NCBI RefSeq assembly: GCF_009914755.1
Contig: NC_060928.1
Direction: 5' to 3' (one strand)
From: the human T2T-CHM13v2.0 reference genome, Homo sapiens
DNA: 64,000 nt
In this document: positions 25,937 to 39,910 of the stretch, piece by piece
Numbering within the stretch: the first letter of the stretch is position 1
Layout of the letters: each line of letters begins with the position of its first letter
Program-made: the position numbers and the translations under genes
The notes under the pieces: generated by a model
What the model was told of the DNA's origin: nothing
The model's database searches: none
What the model saw: only the letters and a program-made list of their open reading frames with translations

Positions 25937-26267
25937 CTGGTTACTCTATTTAGAACCTCAAAAAAATTTCTAGGCACCAAACAAATGAAATGAGGAAAAG
26001 AAAGGGCTCTTTATCTGTCAAGTCTATTAATCCCATTACTTAATTCCCATAATAAGAACATTAACAGTGATAACCATTATTAAGTATCTTCAAATTTAGT
26101 AAGCACATCAATATGAATATTTCCATTGTAGAATATTTTTTATCTATGTACTTTTTCTCTAATTCCAATTTTAAATTTGTCATGTAGGGCATCTGTGATT
26201 GAATTTATTTATTAAATGAATGTCTTTATCTTCTTTTAAATTTTATTCTAGATAAAATTTAAAGTAT

Positions 26268-26458
26268 AAAATTACTTTAACCACATTTTACACAAAATTT
26301 TTAGGGTCATTATAGGAACTTATCAGTTTCTATAGACTTAGCAGTTTCTATAGAAGTTTCTACAGAAACTTACCAGTTTCTGTAGAAGTTTCTACAGAAA
26401 CTTAGCAGTTTCTATAATGACCCTAAAATTTTCTGTAAAATGTGATTAAAGTAATTTT
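26268..26458. repeat. Nested inverted repeat/hairpin with internal 32-bp tandem units
   Basis: Arms 26268-26320 and 26407-26458 differ by 3 substitutions and 1 indel. Internal units at 26343-26374 and 26375-26406. Confidence 0.95.
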
Positions 26459-29400
26459 TTTTATCTCAAGTCAATTCTTTGGATTCACATGGACAACAAA
26501 GATGCTTCTTTCTGCATTAATAAACCTATGTAATGCATATTAAGTAGTGTTTACCTAAGTAGATTTTAAGCCTAAATCTCAACATCATTACATAAAGTCT
26601 CAAAGGCTCTTAAATATAACACTATCAAAGCTCCTTGACTGCTTCGTTGTTAAGAAGATAATACTTCACCTCAAACACTTTTCTTGAGTTTTATTTACAT
26701 ATTTTATAAGAGAAAAAGACAGGAAAGAAGGATAAGGCTAGCTGAATCTCAGTGGAGATTCCCAAAGTGCCCTTGGTTTTCCTGACAGCCTCAAGTGAGG
26801 TTCAAATCTATTTAGTGTGCTAAACTAATGCAAAAAATGAACAGCATTAACATTCTAGCTCTGGGTTAGAAGCTCATAGGAAAGCAGAGATTTATCAAAA
26901 GTGATAGACATGTGTCTCTGCCAAACTGGATAGTAAAATTGGATAATAACTCAGTTAGCGAAACAATATTTAACGTGGTATGCTTAGTAGTTTCTTGAGT
27001 ATAAACTACCGAAGGATCTTTAGAAATCAGACTTTCATTTTGACAAGAGTGTATTGCCTCAACACCTACTGTCTTGCTAGTCATCAAAATAAGGAATTTA
27101 GTAGCAGTGTTTAAATCTGTATCTAGTATTCAACACTCACTAAGAATTCACCCAGACAATATGTAGAAAATGGCCTCTAATATTCCCAATTGTTTGATAG
27201 CTTTAGCGATAAATTAAAATGAAATCTGATTTAAATAAGTATTAATTAAACAACTTGAAATGCTCTATGTTTACATTCTGATATGACTTGCACATCACTT
27301 TTCTAAAGGTCTTTTTCCAAATTTTATACACCTGAAAAGATAGTCTTATAGTTACAGCGATGAACATTTCCAGTAAAGATTGTTTCAATATTAAAGCTGT
27401 CAGGGAAACATAAGGGCAATCAGGGACCTTGATTAATTAATGCTTGCAACTGGGATCAAATTGTATAGGTCAGCTTCTCCAAATATTTCAGGGTTGATAA
27501 GAACTTAGGACTACTAATAAATGAAGAGTGAGTGACATCAAATTAATGATGACTTTAAAGCTGCTGGGGTATTGAACCCATCAGTTGAATGTATTCTTAA
27601 GAAAAACAGCGAAGAGGAATCTATGCAATTAGAAGTGGTATGCTTGCAATAAAACCAACTACTGACACAAACAGGCATAGGATATTTTATTGGAACTTAG
27701 GCACCTTTTTAAATGAATTATAAGAACTGCTATTTAAAAAATAGAGAAAATCAGTATGGCAAGACTACAAAAAACATATTTTAAATATTTTAGTAATCCT
27801 CTTTGTAGTTCTAAGTATTAGAAAAGCATCAGACATCATTTGGAAACAAAATAGACATGAAGCAAAAGGAAATATTTAATACCAACTTGATTCAAGAGAA
27901 CATTGGACTAAATTAAAGTTGTTAGACTTAAGAATTAAGTTTGAATCTGAACGCTATGATATTGTTTACAAGTTATTTCAAGATCTGATGAAATGTTCCC
28001 AAACCAGTCACATCTCTCTTACCATCATCCCCCCTTTAATAGCCCCATATACACTGTGCTCCAGAAAGTCTAATCATTTGGTTCCCCAAACTAGCTTATA
28101 TTGCCTGATAATTTCCCCCCTTTATTTTTCTTTCATTTAACTAAATCATATGAAATTTTGGTTCTTAGTTTAGATGACAGTCTGAGGATATTTCTCTGAA
28201 TTTCTCTTCTGGCTAAGAATATTTCTGTGTGCTTCCTTACCACTATGTATGTTTCATTGTTGTCCTTATCATTTTGCCTGAGCTGTCTATCTCACTAGAT
28301 ACTTAGAGGAATAAAACCTGTCTCTTTTGTGTACCATTTCATCTCAGCATCCAGCAGAGTTCTTAGTAAACATTTACTGAGTATATGAATGGACTGAAGA
28401 GACTATTAAGCTTCTTTGTTTGGAATGTTAACAAACTACATTTAGGAAGTAATACTAGAATAGCTCATAGGAGCCTTACCTGAACTCCTATTTCTCAATA
28501 TCTGCTGCAGAGCAGTTTCATAGGTCAACACCCATGGGCCACCGATATAAAAATCACCAGAGACATTGGTAAAATATCTAAGTCCTTGGATTCCTCCAAA
28601 TAACTTCTGAGGTAGAATGTCTGGAAATAGAATTAGGAAATTTCTAAACACACAAAAAAAGGAGCTCTGCTGAGGAGAAAGCATGGCAAAAATGAGTTTT
28701 TATTGACTGATGCATACAGAATTTCCTCTATACCATCATTACACAAAACTGTAGGGTTAAAAATTCTTAAATTATAGACCCATAGCAGAATTTTCTACAC
28801 AGAAAAAATATGTAAATGTAAATATTTTATATATAATATGTAAGTATTATATAAAGATATTTAATAAATTTACCATCAAATTTCATTAAGCTGCATAAAG
28901 TAATATTTCAAAAAGCAACAGAAACAAAGTATAGAGTAAGCAGATAGATACACTAATCCTTATGGATACTCACTGCATTGCCAGACATGATTTATCTACT
29001 TCTATATCAATCTGAAAGTTAGTAGAATGAAATATTCTACTAGTGTGCTAGTAAAAAAAAAAGATGAGCTTATATTTGCTTCAGATCAATTGTTGAAGGA
29101 CACTATGATGAGACGTTACTGGGTGTGAAACAAGATCAAGATCAAGTCTAAGGTCCAGGCTTGACATGTGTAACAGTGCTTTTGTTATTGGTGAGGGAGG
29201 AAGACTTACCCAGCCTCACCCCCGTCCTCACTTAAAAACACTTAAAAATAAAAATTTTCATCTCCTTAACTTATAAGACTGTCTTTTCAGGTGGATAAAA
29301 TTTGCAAAGAAACCTTTCGAAAAGTGATGTGCAACCCATATCAGAATGTAAACAGAGCATTTCAAGTTGCTTAATTAATACTTCTTTAAATCAAATTTTA

Positions 29401-30824
29401 TTTTAATTTATGGCTAAAACTATCAAACAATTGAGAATAGTAGAGGCCATTCCTGCATGCCATCTGGATGAATTCTTAGTGGGTTTTGAATACTAGATCT
29501 AGATTTAAACGCTGCTACTAAATTCCTTATTTTCATGAGTAGCTTTTCGGTTTTTCTTCAAATAACACCTATTAAACTGTTTCATATAAAAGCAATTCTT
29601 AGGGATTGTTTTACAACTCTTAATTGCTAACCTGAGCAAGTTATGTGAGAAAGAAAATAGCTAGTAAATATTGTTACAATTGTGACACCAGTGCACCCTA
29701 ATTTGCCTGTAAGTCTGATTTATTCCTAATCCCTAATATAATTATTAATTGCACCTCTTTTTATTCTTATCAGTGTCCCAGTTTAAATAATGAATTGTAT
29801 GACAACCAAATTTTAAATAGCATTGGTAAGTGGCATGAGTCCTGTAAGAGTTTTTAGAAAGAAAATACTACCTTTCATTAGTAAAGTTTTTGGATTGTAT
29901 TAAATTGTTGGAAAAAGACATTATATTACTAAGATACTGATAGAAATTATTTTTAAACAAATATCTCTGAGTAGATCAAGATATCTGGAAAAACTCACAA
30001 AAACAAGTAACAAAAAATGTATACTATCCTATGTCTGAAAACTCTTCATATTATCCCACTCAAAACCATTCAACATGCCCTTTCTCAACTCCCTTTCTCA
30101 CTTTCTGCAGTTGTGCAAATAGTATCTGGAGCAGTGTACAGACTATTAGATTAGGTAGCAAATTTCAAACTTGTGCCAGTGTTGGAATGAAATTACTTTT
30201 CACCTCAGGTTTTAATACTAAGAACAATTTAATACTGGGAGACAGAAAACAAAATAAAGAAAAATAACTCCAAGTAATGAGAGAAATTTCCAGGTAACAC
30301 TCAGTCTAGTTACTTTTTTTCCAGCTGAGGCCAGGGAGAAATATAAAGTCTCTCTCATGGTAACCTAAGAAGATAGTTTAGGGAAACCATTTGCTGATAT
30401 TTTGAAAATTACACTTCCAGCTTCTGGTAACGTTCAAATACAGTCACTTCTCAAGCATTTGTACAGATATTTTGCTTGGGAGGCAACTGCAATAATCCCC
30501 TCTAAAGTTAGAATCTAGTCTCTGCCAAGGAAAGTTTGAGATTTAAAAGGTTCATTTGAAATACATTTATGTTTGCTAAATAACACAATACGAGTAACTT
30601 ATTTTAAATGTTAACTTTATATAAATATTGAAAATTACTCATCTATCAATGCTGTAGCAATATGCTTTGGCTTAATAACAGTAAAACACCCATTATCTGG
30701 TTTATCCAATTTGAAAAGTGTACTACTTTAAATTTTTCTGTTTCAATACTTTTGCTAGGCAAGGCCTATACTAAAACAGAACGCTGACTAATACCTATCC
30801 ATTAGCAATTTTCTTATATGTATA

Positions 30825-32268
30825 CAGTCCTACACAGCATAGTGACATTTCATTCAATGACAGATGGTATATAGGATGGTGGTTACATAAGATTATGACG
30901 AATCTGAAATGTTCCTTTCACCTAGTGATGCCATAGCTCTCCTAACAACATAACCCAACACATTACCCAGCTGTTTCTGGCGATGCTGGTGTAAGAAAAC
31001 CTACTGTGCTGTGAGTCATATAAACCTATAGCACATCCAGTTATGTAGAGTTCATAATACTTGATAAAAAAGACTATGTTACTAGTTTATGTACTTACTA
31101 TGCTATGCTTTTATCATTATTTTATAGTGTACTCCTTCTATTTAATTTTTAAAAAGTTAAATGTAGGACAGCCTTAGGAAGGTCATTCACAGAATATTTC
31201 AGAAGAAAGCATTGTTATCATAGAAGATGACAGCTCTATGCCTGTTACTGCCGTTGAAGACCTTCCAGTGGTACAAGATATGGAAGTGGAAGACAGTAAT
31301 ATTGGTGATACTGACCCCGTTTATGCCTAGGCTAATGTGTGTGTTTATGTCTTAGTTTTTTACAAAAAAAGTTTACTAAGTAAAGAAATAAATATATAAA
31401 AAAATTAAAAAGCTTACAGAAAAGGATATACAAAATGAAAATATTTTTGTATAGCTGTATAATGTGTTTGCAGTGTTTGTTTGTTTGTTTGTTTAGAGAC
31501 AGGGTATTTCTCTGTCACCCAGGCAGCTGGGTTGCAGTGGTGTGATCATAGTTCACTGTACCTGGAACTTCTGGAATCAAGAGATTCTCCTACCTCAGCC
31601 TCCCAAGTACTAGAACCACAGGTGTGCACTACCACATCCAGCTAATTTTTAATTTTTTGTAGAGATGAAGTCTCACTGTGTTGCCCAAGCTGTGCATTTG
31701 TGTTTTAAGCTAAGTATTATTACAAGAGTCAAAAAGTTTAAAAAATTTTAGAGCATAGAAAGTAAAAAGGTTACAGTAAGCCAAGCTTAATTTATTATTG
31801 AAGAAAAAATATTTTCAATAAATTTAGTGTAGCCTAAGTTAATATTGTTTATAAAGTCTACCTTAGCATACAGCAATGCACGAGGCCTTCACATTCACTC
31901 ACCACTCATTCACTGATTCACCCAGAGTAAGTTCCAGTTCTGTAAGTTCCATTTATGGTAAGTGCCCTAAACAGATATAACTTTTTTTTAATTTTTATAC
32001 AGTATTTTTACTGTTCATTTTCTATGTTTAGGTATGTTTTGATATACAAATACTTACCACTGTGTTACAGTTATCTACAGTATTCAGTCCTTTAACATTC
32101 TGTCTACGTTCATATTCTTAAAGCAATCTTCTATACCATATTGCCTAGGTGTGTAGTAGGCTATAACATCTAGCTTTGAGTGAATATGCTTTCTGATATT
32201 CACACAATGATGAAATCGCTTGATGCATTTCTCAGAACAAATTGCCATGATTAAGTCATGTATGACTA
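30825..32268 (+). mobile_element. Tigger3 (Golem; Tigger3b-like) DNA transposon
   Basis: TA|CAGTCCTACACAGCATAGTGACATTTC start and TTAAGTCATGTATGACTA end match degenerate Tigger3 TIRs. Interrupted by an AluJ. Confidence 0.85.
31475..31692 (-). mobile_element. AluJ-type element, 5'-truncated, (TTTG)n tail
   Basis: AGAGACAGGGT..GATCATAGTTCACTG..TTTTTGTAGAGATG. Confidence 0.85.
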
Positions 32269-32283
32269 TTCGTGTAGCTAATA

Positions 32284-34648
32284 CAGACATACCTTGTTTG
32301 ATCACACTTTGCTTAATGATATTTCACAGATATTGCATTTTTTACAAATTGAAGATTTGTGACAACCCTGCATTGGGAAAGTCTATCAGCACTGTTTTCC
32401 AACAGCATGTGCTCCCTTTGAATCTCTGTGTCACATTTTGGTAATTCTCAAAATATTTTAAACTTTCATTATTATTATTATCTGTTATGGTAATATCTGA
32501 TCAATAATCTTTGCAATTATTATTGGAATTGTTTTTGGGTACCATGAACCACACCCATTTAGGATGGCGAACCTGCTCAATAAATATATGCGTTCTGATT
32601 CCTCCACTGGCTGGCCATTTCCCCATTTCTCTCACTCATCTCATTTAGCCTCTCTACTTTCTGAGACACAACAATATTGAAATTAGGCCAATTAATAATC
32701 CTACAGTGGCCTCTTGCCTCTAAGTGTTCAAGTAATAGAAGAGTCATATGTCTCTCATTTTAAATAAAAAGTTAGAAATGATGAAGCTTGGTAAGAAAAG
32801 TATGCCTAAAGCTGAGGTAGTCCAAAAGCTAGGACTCTCGTGTCAACAGTTAGCTAAATTGTGAATGAAAAGGGAAAGTTCTTGAAGGAAATTGAAAGTG
32901 CAACTCCAGTGAACACAGGAACTAAAAGAAGGTGAAACAACCTTATTGCTGATATGGAGAACATTTTAGTTGTCTGGATATATCAAACCAACTACAACAG
33001 TCCCTTAAGCCAAAGCCTAATCCAGAAAAAGATTTTAACTCTCTTCCATTCTATGAAAGCTGAGAGAAGTGAGGAGGCTGCAGAGGAAAAGTTGGACGCT
33101 AGCAGATGTTGGTTCACGAGGTTTAAGGAAAGAAGTCATCTGACAACTTAAAAGTTCTGCCTGAAATAATAATGCTAATGTAGAAGTTACACCAAGTTAT
33201 ACAGAAAATCTAGCTAAGAAAATGAAGGTGGCCACAACAGATTTTCAATGTAGACAAAACAGCCTTATATTACAAAAAGATATCATCTAGGACTTTCATA
33301 TCTCAGGAGAAGTCAATGCTTGGCTCCAAAGCTTCAAAGGACAGCCTAACTCTCTTGTTGGGGGCTAATGCAGCTGGTGACTTTAAGGTGAAGCCAATGC
33401 TTATTTTCCCTTCCAAAAATCCTAGGACCCTTATAATTATACTAAATTTATTCTGCCTGTGCTCTATAAATAGAGCAACAAAGCCTAGATAACAGCACAT
33501 TTGTTTACAGCACGGTTTACTGAATATTTTAAGCCCATTGTTGAGGCTTACTACTCAGAATAAAAAATTCCTTTCAAAATATTACCAACATTGACAACGT
33601 ACCAGGTCACCCAAGAACTCTGATGAATATGTATAAAGAGATTAATGTTTTCATGCCTGCTAACACCAGACCTATTCTGCAGCCCATGAATCAATGAGTA
33701 TTTTTGACTTTCAAGTCTTATTATTTAAAAAATATATTTAATAAGACTATAGCTGGCACTGACAGCAATTTTTCTTATGGGTCTGGGCAAAGTAAAGTGA
33801 AAGCTTCCTGGAAAGAATTTATCAATCTAGATGCCATTCAGAACATTCATGATGCATGAGATGAAGGCAAAATATGAACCTTAACAGGAGTTTGGAAGAA
33901 GTTGATTCTCACTCTCATAGAAGACTTTGACTTCAAAACTTCAGTGGAGAAAATAGCTGCAGGTATGGTAGAAATAGCAAGAAAAATAGAATTAGAAGTG
34001 GAGCCTAAAGATATGACTAACTTGCTGCAATCCCAGGATAAAACTTGAAAGAAAGTTTTTCTTATTGATGTGCAAAGAGGGTCATTTTTTGACATGGAAA
34101 CGACTCCTGGTGAAGATGCTGTGAACAATGTTGAAATGGCAACAAAATATTCAAAATACATCATAAACATGGTTAATAAATCAGCAGCATTTAGAGAGGA
34201 TTGATCCCACTTCTACCATGTGTAAAATGCTATCAAACAGCATCGCTTTCTACAGAAAAATCTATTATAAAAGGAAGAGTTAATTTATGTGGCTAACTTC
34301 ATTGTTGTTTCACTTTGAAAAACTGCCACAAGCTACCTCAACCTTCAGCAACCACCAATCTGATCAGTCAGCAATCAAGATCAAGGTAACACTCTCCACC
34401 AGCAAAAAGGTTATCACTCATTGAAGGCTCAGATGATGGTTAACCTTTGTCCAGCAATAAAATATTTTAATTCAAGTATGTACATTTTTCTTTTATACAT
34501 AATGCTATTGCACACTTATGAGGCTACAGTATGGTGCAAGTAAAACTTTTATATGCACTGGGAAACAAAAAAATTATAATTGACTTTGTTGAAATATTTG
34601 CTTTATTGTGTCTGGAACTGAACCTACAATATCTTTGATGTATTCCTG
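32284..34648 (+). mobile_element. Tigger1, essentially full length, with dead transposase
   Basis: TIRs CAGACATACCT / GATGTATTCCTG, length ~2.37 kb. ORF 32954-33151 ([47 protein letters not shown]) is the Tigger1 CENP-B-like HTH region, with many stops and frameshifts elsewhere. Confidence 0.93.
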
Positions 34649-34689
34649 TGTCTATTAAGTCATTTGATGTGTCTGACATTTTTCTAACT

Positions 34690-34850
34690 TCTTTATAGGT
34701 CCTATCTTATTTAATCCTGACATACACTAAGAAGTTAGCATTATTATATTTCCGATTTTAAAGACAAATAAACTGAAGCATAAAGAGATTGAATTGTCCC
34801 AGAGCAGTCAAGCTATGTTAAAGCTAGAATTTTGACACTGTAGATTATAC
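34690..34850 (-). mobile_element. MIR fragment
   Basis: ATCTTATTTAATCCT..ATTATTATATTTCCGATTTTAAAGACAAATAAACTGAAGCATAAAGAG. Confidence 0.55.
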
Positions 34851-35266
34851 ACCAACCGCTGTATTATGTTGCTCTTTGCTGATGTTTCCTTAACAAATGG
34901 TCATTCTGTTTGTACTTTCCACTGATTATTCCACTCCTTGAATAGATTCATTCTTGCATTTTGTACTCCAAGAATTATAAATTAGTTAATGGTGCTTACA
35001 TTAGGAATGGGATGTGGATGATTACTTATGTTTTATTAGCACTCCAGTAAAAAAAAAAAAAAAGAATTTGTATTCTTTACAAATACAAGAAATTGCTAAT
35101 GAATCATTATCTGCTGTACCCTACTTTCATTCTATCAGTATAAACTTCCTGAGTTTTTCTTTCAAAGAGCACAAATCCTGGCTATAAAGAAGACATATGG
35201 GACATATCTACTTGTTATATTATAGAGAGGAGCATCAGATATTATCTTAAGAAAAACTACCTCTAA

Positions 35267-35631
35267 CAGGGACTCCAAACCCAACTAATGAATAGAACCC
35301 AGAACAAAATGGCCATTGTGTTCCTGGTTGTAGGCTAATAAATCTCAACTGGTATTTTAGCTTCAGTGACCAGGAAATAATAGGGAATGGTGGAAAGTGT
35401 GGCAAATCAGAGAATATATGTCTTGTCTAAAGGGTCAAGCATGATGAAACACAGGAACAATGGTTTGATTGCTTCTAAAGGGACATCCAATATCCAGGTT
35501 ATTATGTGCAATATGATTTGTAATTGTAGGTAATAGGTACAGTTTAAAAACACTTGCAAGCCAAAAATAAAACAAATAAACCAAAAACAGTCTGTGGTCC
35601 ATATTCAGTATATACTCTCAGTTTAACCTCT
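35267..35631 (-). mobile_element. MER102-like hAT-Charlie element
   Basis: CAGGGACTCCAAAC and CAGTTTAACCTCTG termini, with internal ATAGGGAATGGTGGAAAGTGTGGCAAA. Confidence 0.55.
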
Positions 35632-36192
35632 GGTCTGTCACATATACTACACATGGAGAAGGACTGAAATAATTGCAGTTGCTATTATACATGGCTCTTT
35701 TTCTTCCCCTTGTCATATACCCTTGAAGAAATGTATAAGATGAAAGGCTAATATTTACTAAACAAACATATCATGAATACTTGCTCAAATGTTTCTGAGA
35801 TTAGGCAAGTTACTGGGGATTAAAACTATTATATGTATTTTATATAATCTTAGTAGAAAAATACTAATGCAATCAAATAATTACAATTCTGCATGCATAG
35901 TTTGTGTAGTACTTTTTAGAGTACTAAGGGAACAGAAATGAAGAAGTGACTATGTCTGGCTGATTACCAGCAGGTGATATTTTGGGTCTTGATTAAATCA
36001 GTGGGAGTTTGTAAGACAGATGAAATTATTGGCTAAGTAAATTAACGTACAGTGATATGGTTTAAAGTGCCTGAAATCTTCAAACCAAGCCATTTGGTTT
36101 TCAATGATATTGTGGAGCAATCAGAGAGAAATGCCCACAGATAACACTAAATAATATTAGCACCAAACCTACCTTTGAAAATCTTAATTACA

Positions 36193-36470
36193 TTTTTTTT
36201 TTTTTTTTTGAGACAGGGCATTGCCCTGTCACCCAGGCTAGAGTGCAGTGGCCAGACCTCAGCTCACGGCCACCTCTCTTGTAGGTTCAAGCAATTCTCC
36301 CACCTCAGCCTCCCAAGAAGCTGGGATTACAAGAGTGTGCGATCACACCCAACTAATTTTTGTATTTTTAGTAGAGACAGGTTTTTGCCGTCTCCTGGCC
36401 TCAAGTGATCTACCCGGCCCAACCTCCCAAAGTGTTGGGATTATAAGGGTGAGACACCACGCCCCACACC
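36193..36470 (-). mobile_element. Alu (AluJb-like) with an internal deletion
   Basis: Poly-T, GAGACAGGG, both monomers present. About 20 nt is missing near 36390. Confidence 0.9.
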
Positions 36471-36984
36471 AGGCACTAATTTTTCTTAAACCATGTTGAC
36501 ATAAGCACCAATTTCTCTTGCCATTTAACTTGGGTAATTACCATAAACTCTTAGAAAGCTTATCATGATAACATTTAGGAAATGATTACTGAAATCTGAT
36601 GTCCAGAAATAATCTTATTCATATATTATAGTTCAAAAACCAATCAGTACAGAAATGTCTTTAGTTGCTGAAGAGCTGCAACATCTACTTACATAATTCT
36701 AGTGAAAGAAATCTGTCTGCTTCTGTAGAATTCAGTTTGATTAGACAACTCTAATTTCCAGAAAGCTTCTTATAGCATTTAGTTTAAGCCTGCCCTCATG
36801 AAAGCACTGTTTATCGGTCTTAACGATCTTTCTTCTAGAAAGGTACAAAAGAGTTTTTAAATTATTCACATGGCAATTCCTAAAATATTTGAAAATAGCT
36901 ATCCTTGCTTTTTGTATTTTTATCCCAGGCTGAAGATAGCTCCTTCAAATATTACTTATTTAATGTGATTTCCAGAACTTCATG

Positions 36985-37047
36985 GATCAGTTATCTTTAA
37001 CTGATTTGATCAGTTAAAATTTGATCAGTTAGAATTTGATCATTCTA
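36985..37047. repeat. 15-bp tandem units with inverted copies (GATCAGTTA / TAACTGAT)
   Basis: GATCAGTTA-TCTT-TAACTGAT-TTGATCAGTTAAAA-TTTGATCAGTTAGAA-TTTGATCATTCTA. Confidence 0.85.
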
Positions 37048-37431
37048 AATAAAACCCCTATCTCCTACTGACCACCTTATTATTGTTCATGTTACGATTG
37101 AAAGTGGAAAAGGATAAGGGAAGGTGAATGCACAATTGTCCTTGAGGCTGGAAAAGTAACACAAACCATATGCTGTCCACAATTTAAGTCAGGAGTGGTA
37201 TTTAAGCATATGGTTCTACATATTTGGTTTATATTAGAAATGGACATGTGAAAAAAGTTAGTTAGGAATCTAATAGTGTTGCCCAGTGTGCCACAATGTG
37301 TGTTTATTAAGGCTGCCCCCTGCCTTTTTTGCATGTCCTTTGTTTTATATTTTATTTTTATTATTGTATTTCAAGCTGTTCTCCTCAATGCAAACAAAAA
37401 GGTATTTATCATTATTGTGTTACTTATAGTC

Positions 37432-37628
37432 TTTTTCTTTTTCTTTTTTTTTTTGAGACGGAGTTTCGAGCCCAGGCTGAACTGGAGTGCAATGGCACCA
37501 TCTCGGTTCACCACAACATCCACCTCCTGGATTCAAGCGATTCTTCTGCCTCAGCCTCCCAAGTAGCTGGAATTACAGGCATGCGCCACCACGCCCTGCT
37601 ACTCTTGTATTTTTAGTAGAGACAGGGT
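37432..37628 (-). mobile_element. Alu (AluSp/Sq-like), right monomer plus linker only
   Basis: GAGACGGAGTTTCG, GCAATGGC and GGCATGCGCCACCACGCCC diagnostics. Ends abruptly at TAGAGACAGGGT. Confidence 0.9.
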
Positions 37629-39329
37629 GTGCTGAAATCAGGAGCAGACATAGAAGAAATGCAGAGAATAAAAGTTCCAATAATCAATACAACTGGCAAC
37701 AAATATTGCTAAGAAATAGACAAGATTTAAAAGAAGAAAAACAGCATCACTGAAAGAAAGAAACTTGGAAAGAATGCTTTTATTTCATGACTCTAATTTA
37801 TAGTAACCCTCTTCCTCATCCAAGTTCAGAACCAATTGAGAGGTAAACAAAGGGGTCAAGTAGATTATGGTAGACTGTTTCACTGTAGTCCCCAATAAAC
37901 AACAGGTCAAGTAACTTGCTTTGGACTTGCTTTGAATACAACTTACGTGAGTGATCTTAGCTAAATCACATGTAGTATAAGAACTACCAAAGTGAGCCCA
38001 GTCAACCCACAAAATTATGAGAAAAAATAAATTGGTCTTGTTTCAGCCACTGACAGGTTTGTTACTCAAAAATAAGTAACTGAAACATTGATGTAGGCCA
38101 AATGACAGAGTTATTGGCAAACATGGCTAAGGTATATGGCCTATTGGTTTTCCTAAAACTAAGCCCCAGAATTAGATTGCCTTACTGACCTACACATTCT
38201 TGGAAAATGCCTAACTGGAAGTCCCATCTCACAGATGTTGCATGTGTCCCATGTAAATTTTACAGCACGAAGAGCAAAGCAAATACATCCTGTGAAGGTA
38301 GGAGCATTCTAAAGAAAAAAATAAGATGAACTTGGCCATGCCATTTCAATTTTAGCTCTCAGACTTAATCAAAGAACTCACTCCTCTTTTCCAGAGGATT
38401 CAAGGAACAGAGTAACTCAGGAAATAGAAACAAAAAGGTCATCTTTATTGTTATCTCTCCACATGAAAACACAGAGTAGGTGAAAAAGATGTTCTCAATT
38501 TCCATCCCCACTGTTACCACCAAACAGAGATTACATTTTATCCTGAATTCAGATCTCCAATCAGGGGACCTCATTTTACAATCTGAATTTATGATGAAGT
38601 TTTATCATCCTTAAGATTCAGGGTATGTCTTATATAAGTTGTTTCTTCCTCAATATTCAATTCAATGCCTAACATATGGTAGGCATGTTGGATTAAATGA
38701 ATAAATAAAAGCTTAAACACAACATACATTTACTCATTGAATTCACTCAGAATTATTTTTAGTATAGAAAAAATTCTCTATTGTGAATTTTTAGTGTATT
38801 TTAGCTAGTATAATTAATTAAAAATAAAACAATGCATATTAAGTATTTATGATTTCTGCCTGAGTCCTACTAAATGTACTTTTAAAATCACCTTCAACCT
38901 CTGAGCTCTATGATGGGCTGCATGGAATTTAATTACTATTAATTACTGCTATTATTTCCTGATGTTGCTTATCAGAATATTTTATTTTTGTGCCAATTAG
39001 AGTATAATTATTAGGATAATGGACTCTACAAAAACTAATTATGCCATGAGACTAGATTGGATTTATCTCTAGTAATTGAGTTTCACAATTTAAGATCAAA
39101 ATAAGTGAATCAAAAAGAAAATGTAGAATCATTAATCCCCCAGGCATCAACAATAAGGTTGATTTGCTTTTCTATCCCAAATTAAGCTGTTATTTTACAG
39201 TGTCATATCAGTTGATAAATAGACCCAATTCACCATGAGTAAAACTATGTTTAACCACTTACAATTCAGCCTCACGCCACATATTCTTCACAATTTTTCT
39301 TTAACCAGAGCTTTATATTTGATCCAGAA

Positions 39330-39910
39330 TACTGCAAATTTGTGGGAAGTTATTGGTTATCCTATTTACTGGGAAGCAACTGAATGTTAACCCCAGACAC
39401 CAAGTTACCATGTGACCTGAGGTGCTCATCCTGAACTGAGTATTGTGGGGACAAACTATAAAATTAGGTATGCATGGCTGCACTCCAACATTAAGTGGAA
39501 GTTGTATATGTGAGACTGGACTGAAGGAAGCCCTGAGGAACAAGTAAGTTACATGAGGAAGCAGCCCAAATGCCCATGGTTCCTACTCCTACCATGTTCT
39601 CTTCTCTCTCCAGTCCACATTTACTGCCTCATTAGAGAGTTCTCTATAATCAATTGACTGAAGAAAAAGGGCCTAGTTTACACAGGGTTCTGTGCAGTAT
39701 GTAGGTATGGCCTAAAAGTAAATAGATTCAACACGATAGCCCTGTTTTGAGATATCCTTGAAGAACACTAATGAACAGAAATTCTCCCAATGGGCAGAAC
39801 TTGGAGCAGTGCATCTGGATGTTTGTTTGCTTGAAATAAGAAATAGTCAGAGTTTCTGTTATAAACCAATTCATGGGATGTGGCGAGTGGTTTGGCTGTA
39901 TAGTTAGGTC
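39330..39910 (+). mobile_element. ERVL internal (pol/RNase H region) remnant
   Basis: CACCAAGTTACCATGTGACCTGA, CAAGTAAGTTACATGAGGAAG..CCCAAATGCCCATGGT and CCCAATGGGCAGAACTTGGAGCAGTGCA match HERVL/ERVL pol. Confidence 0.8.

Noticed and set aside
26320-26410. Repeat units with short variable spacers, superficially CRISPR-like
   Set aside because: Variable parts are only 4 nt, the context is primate DNA with no cas genes, and hairpin-tip reiteration explains it.
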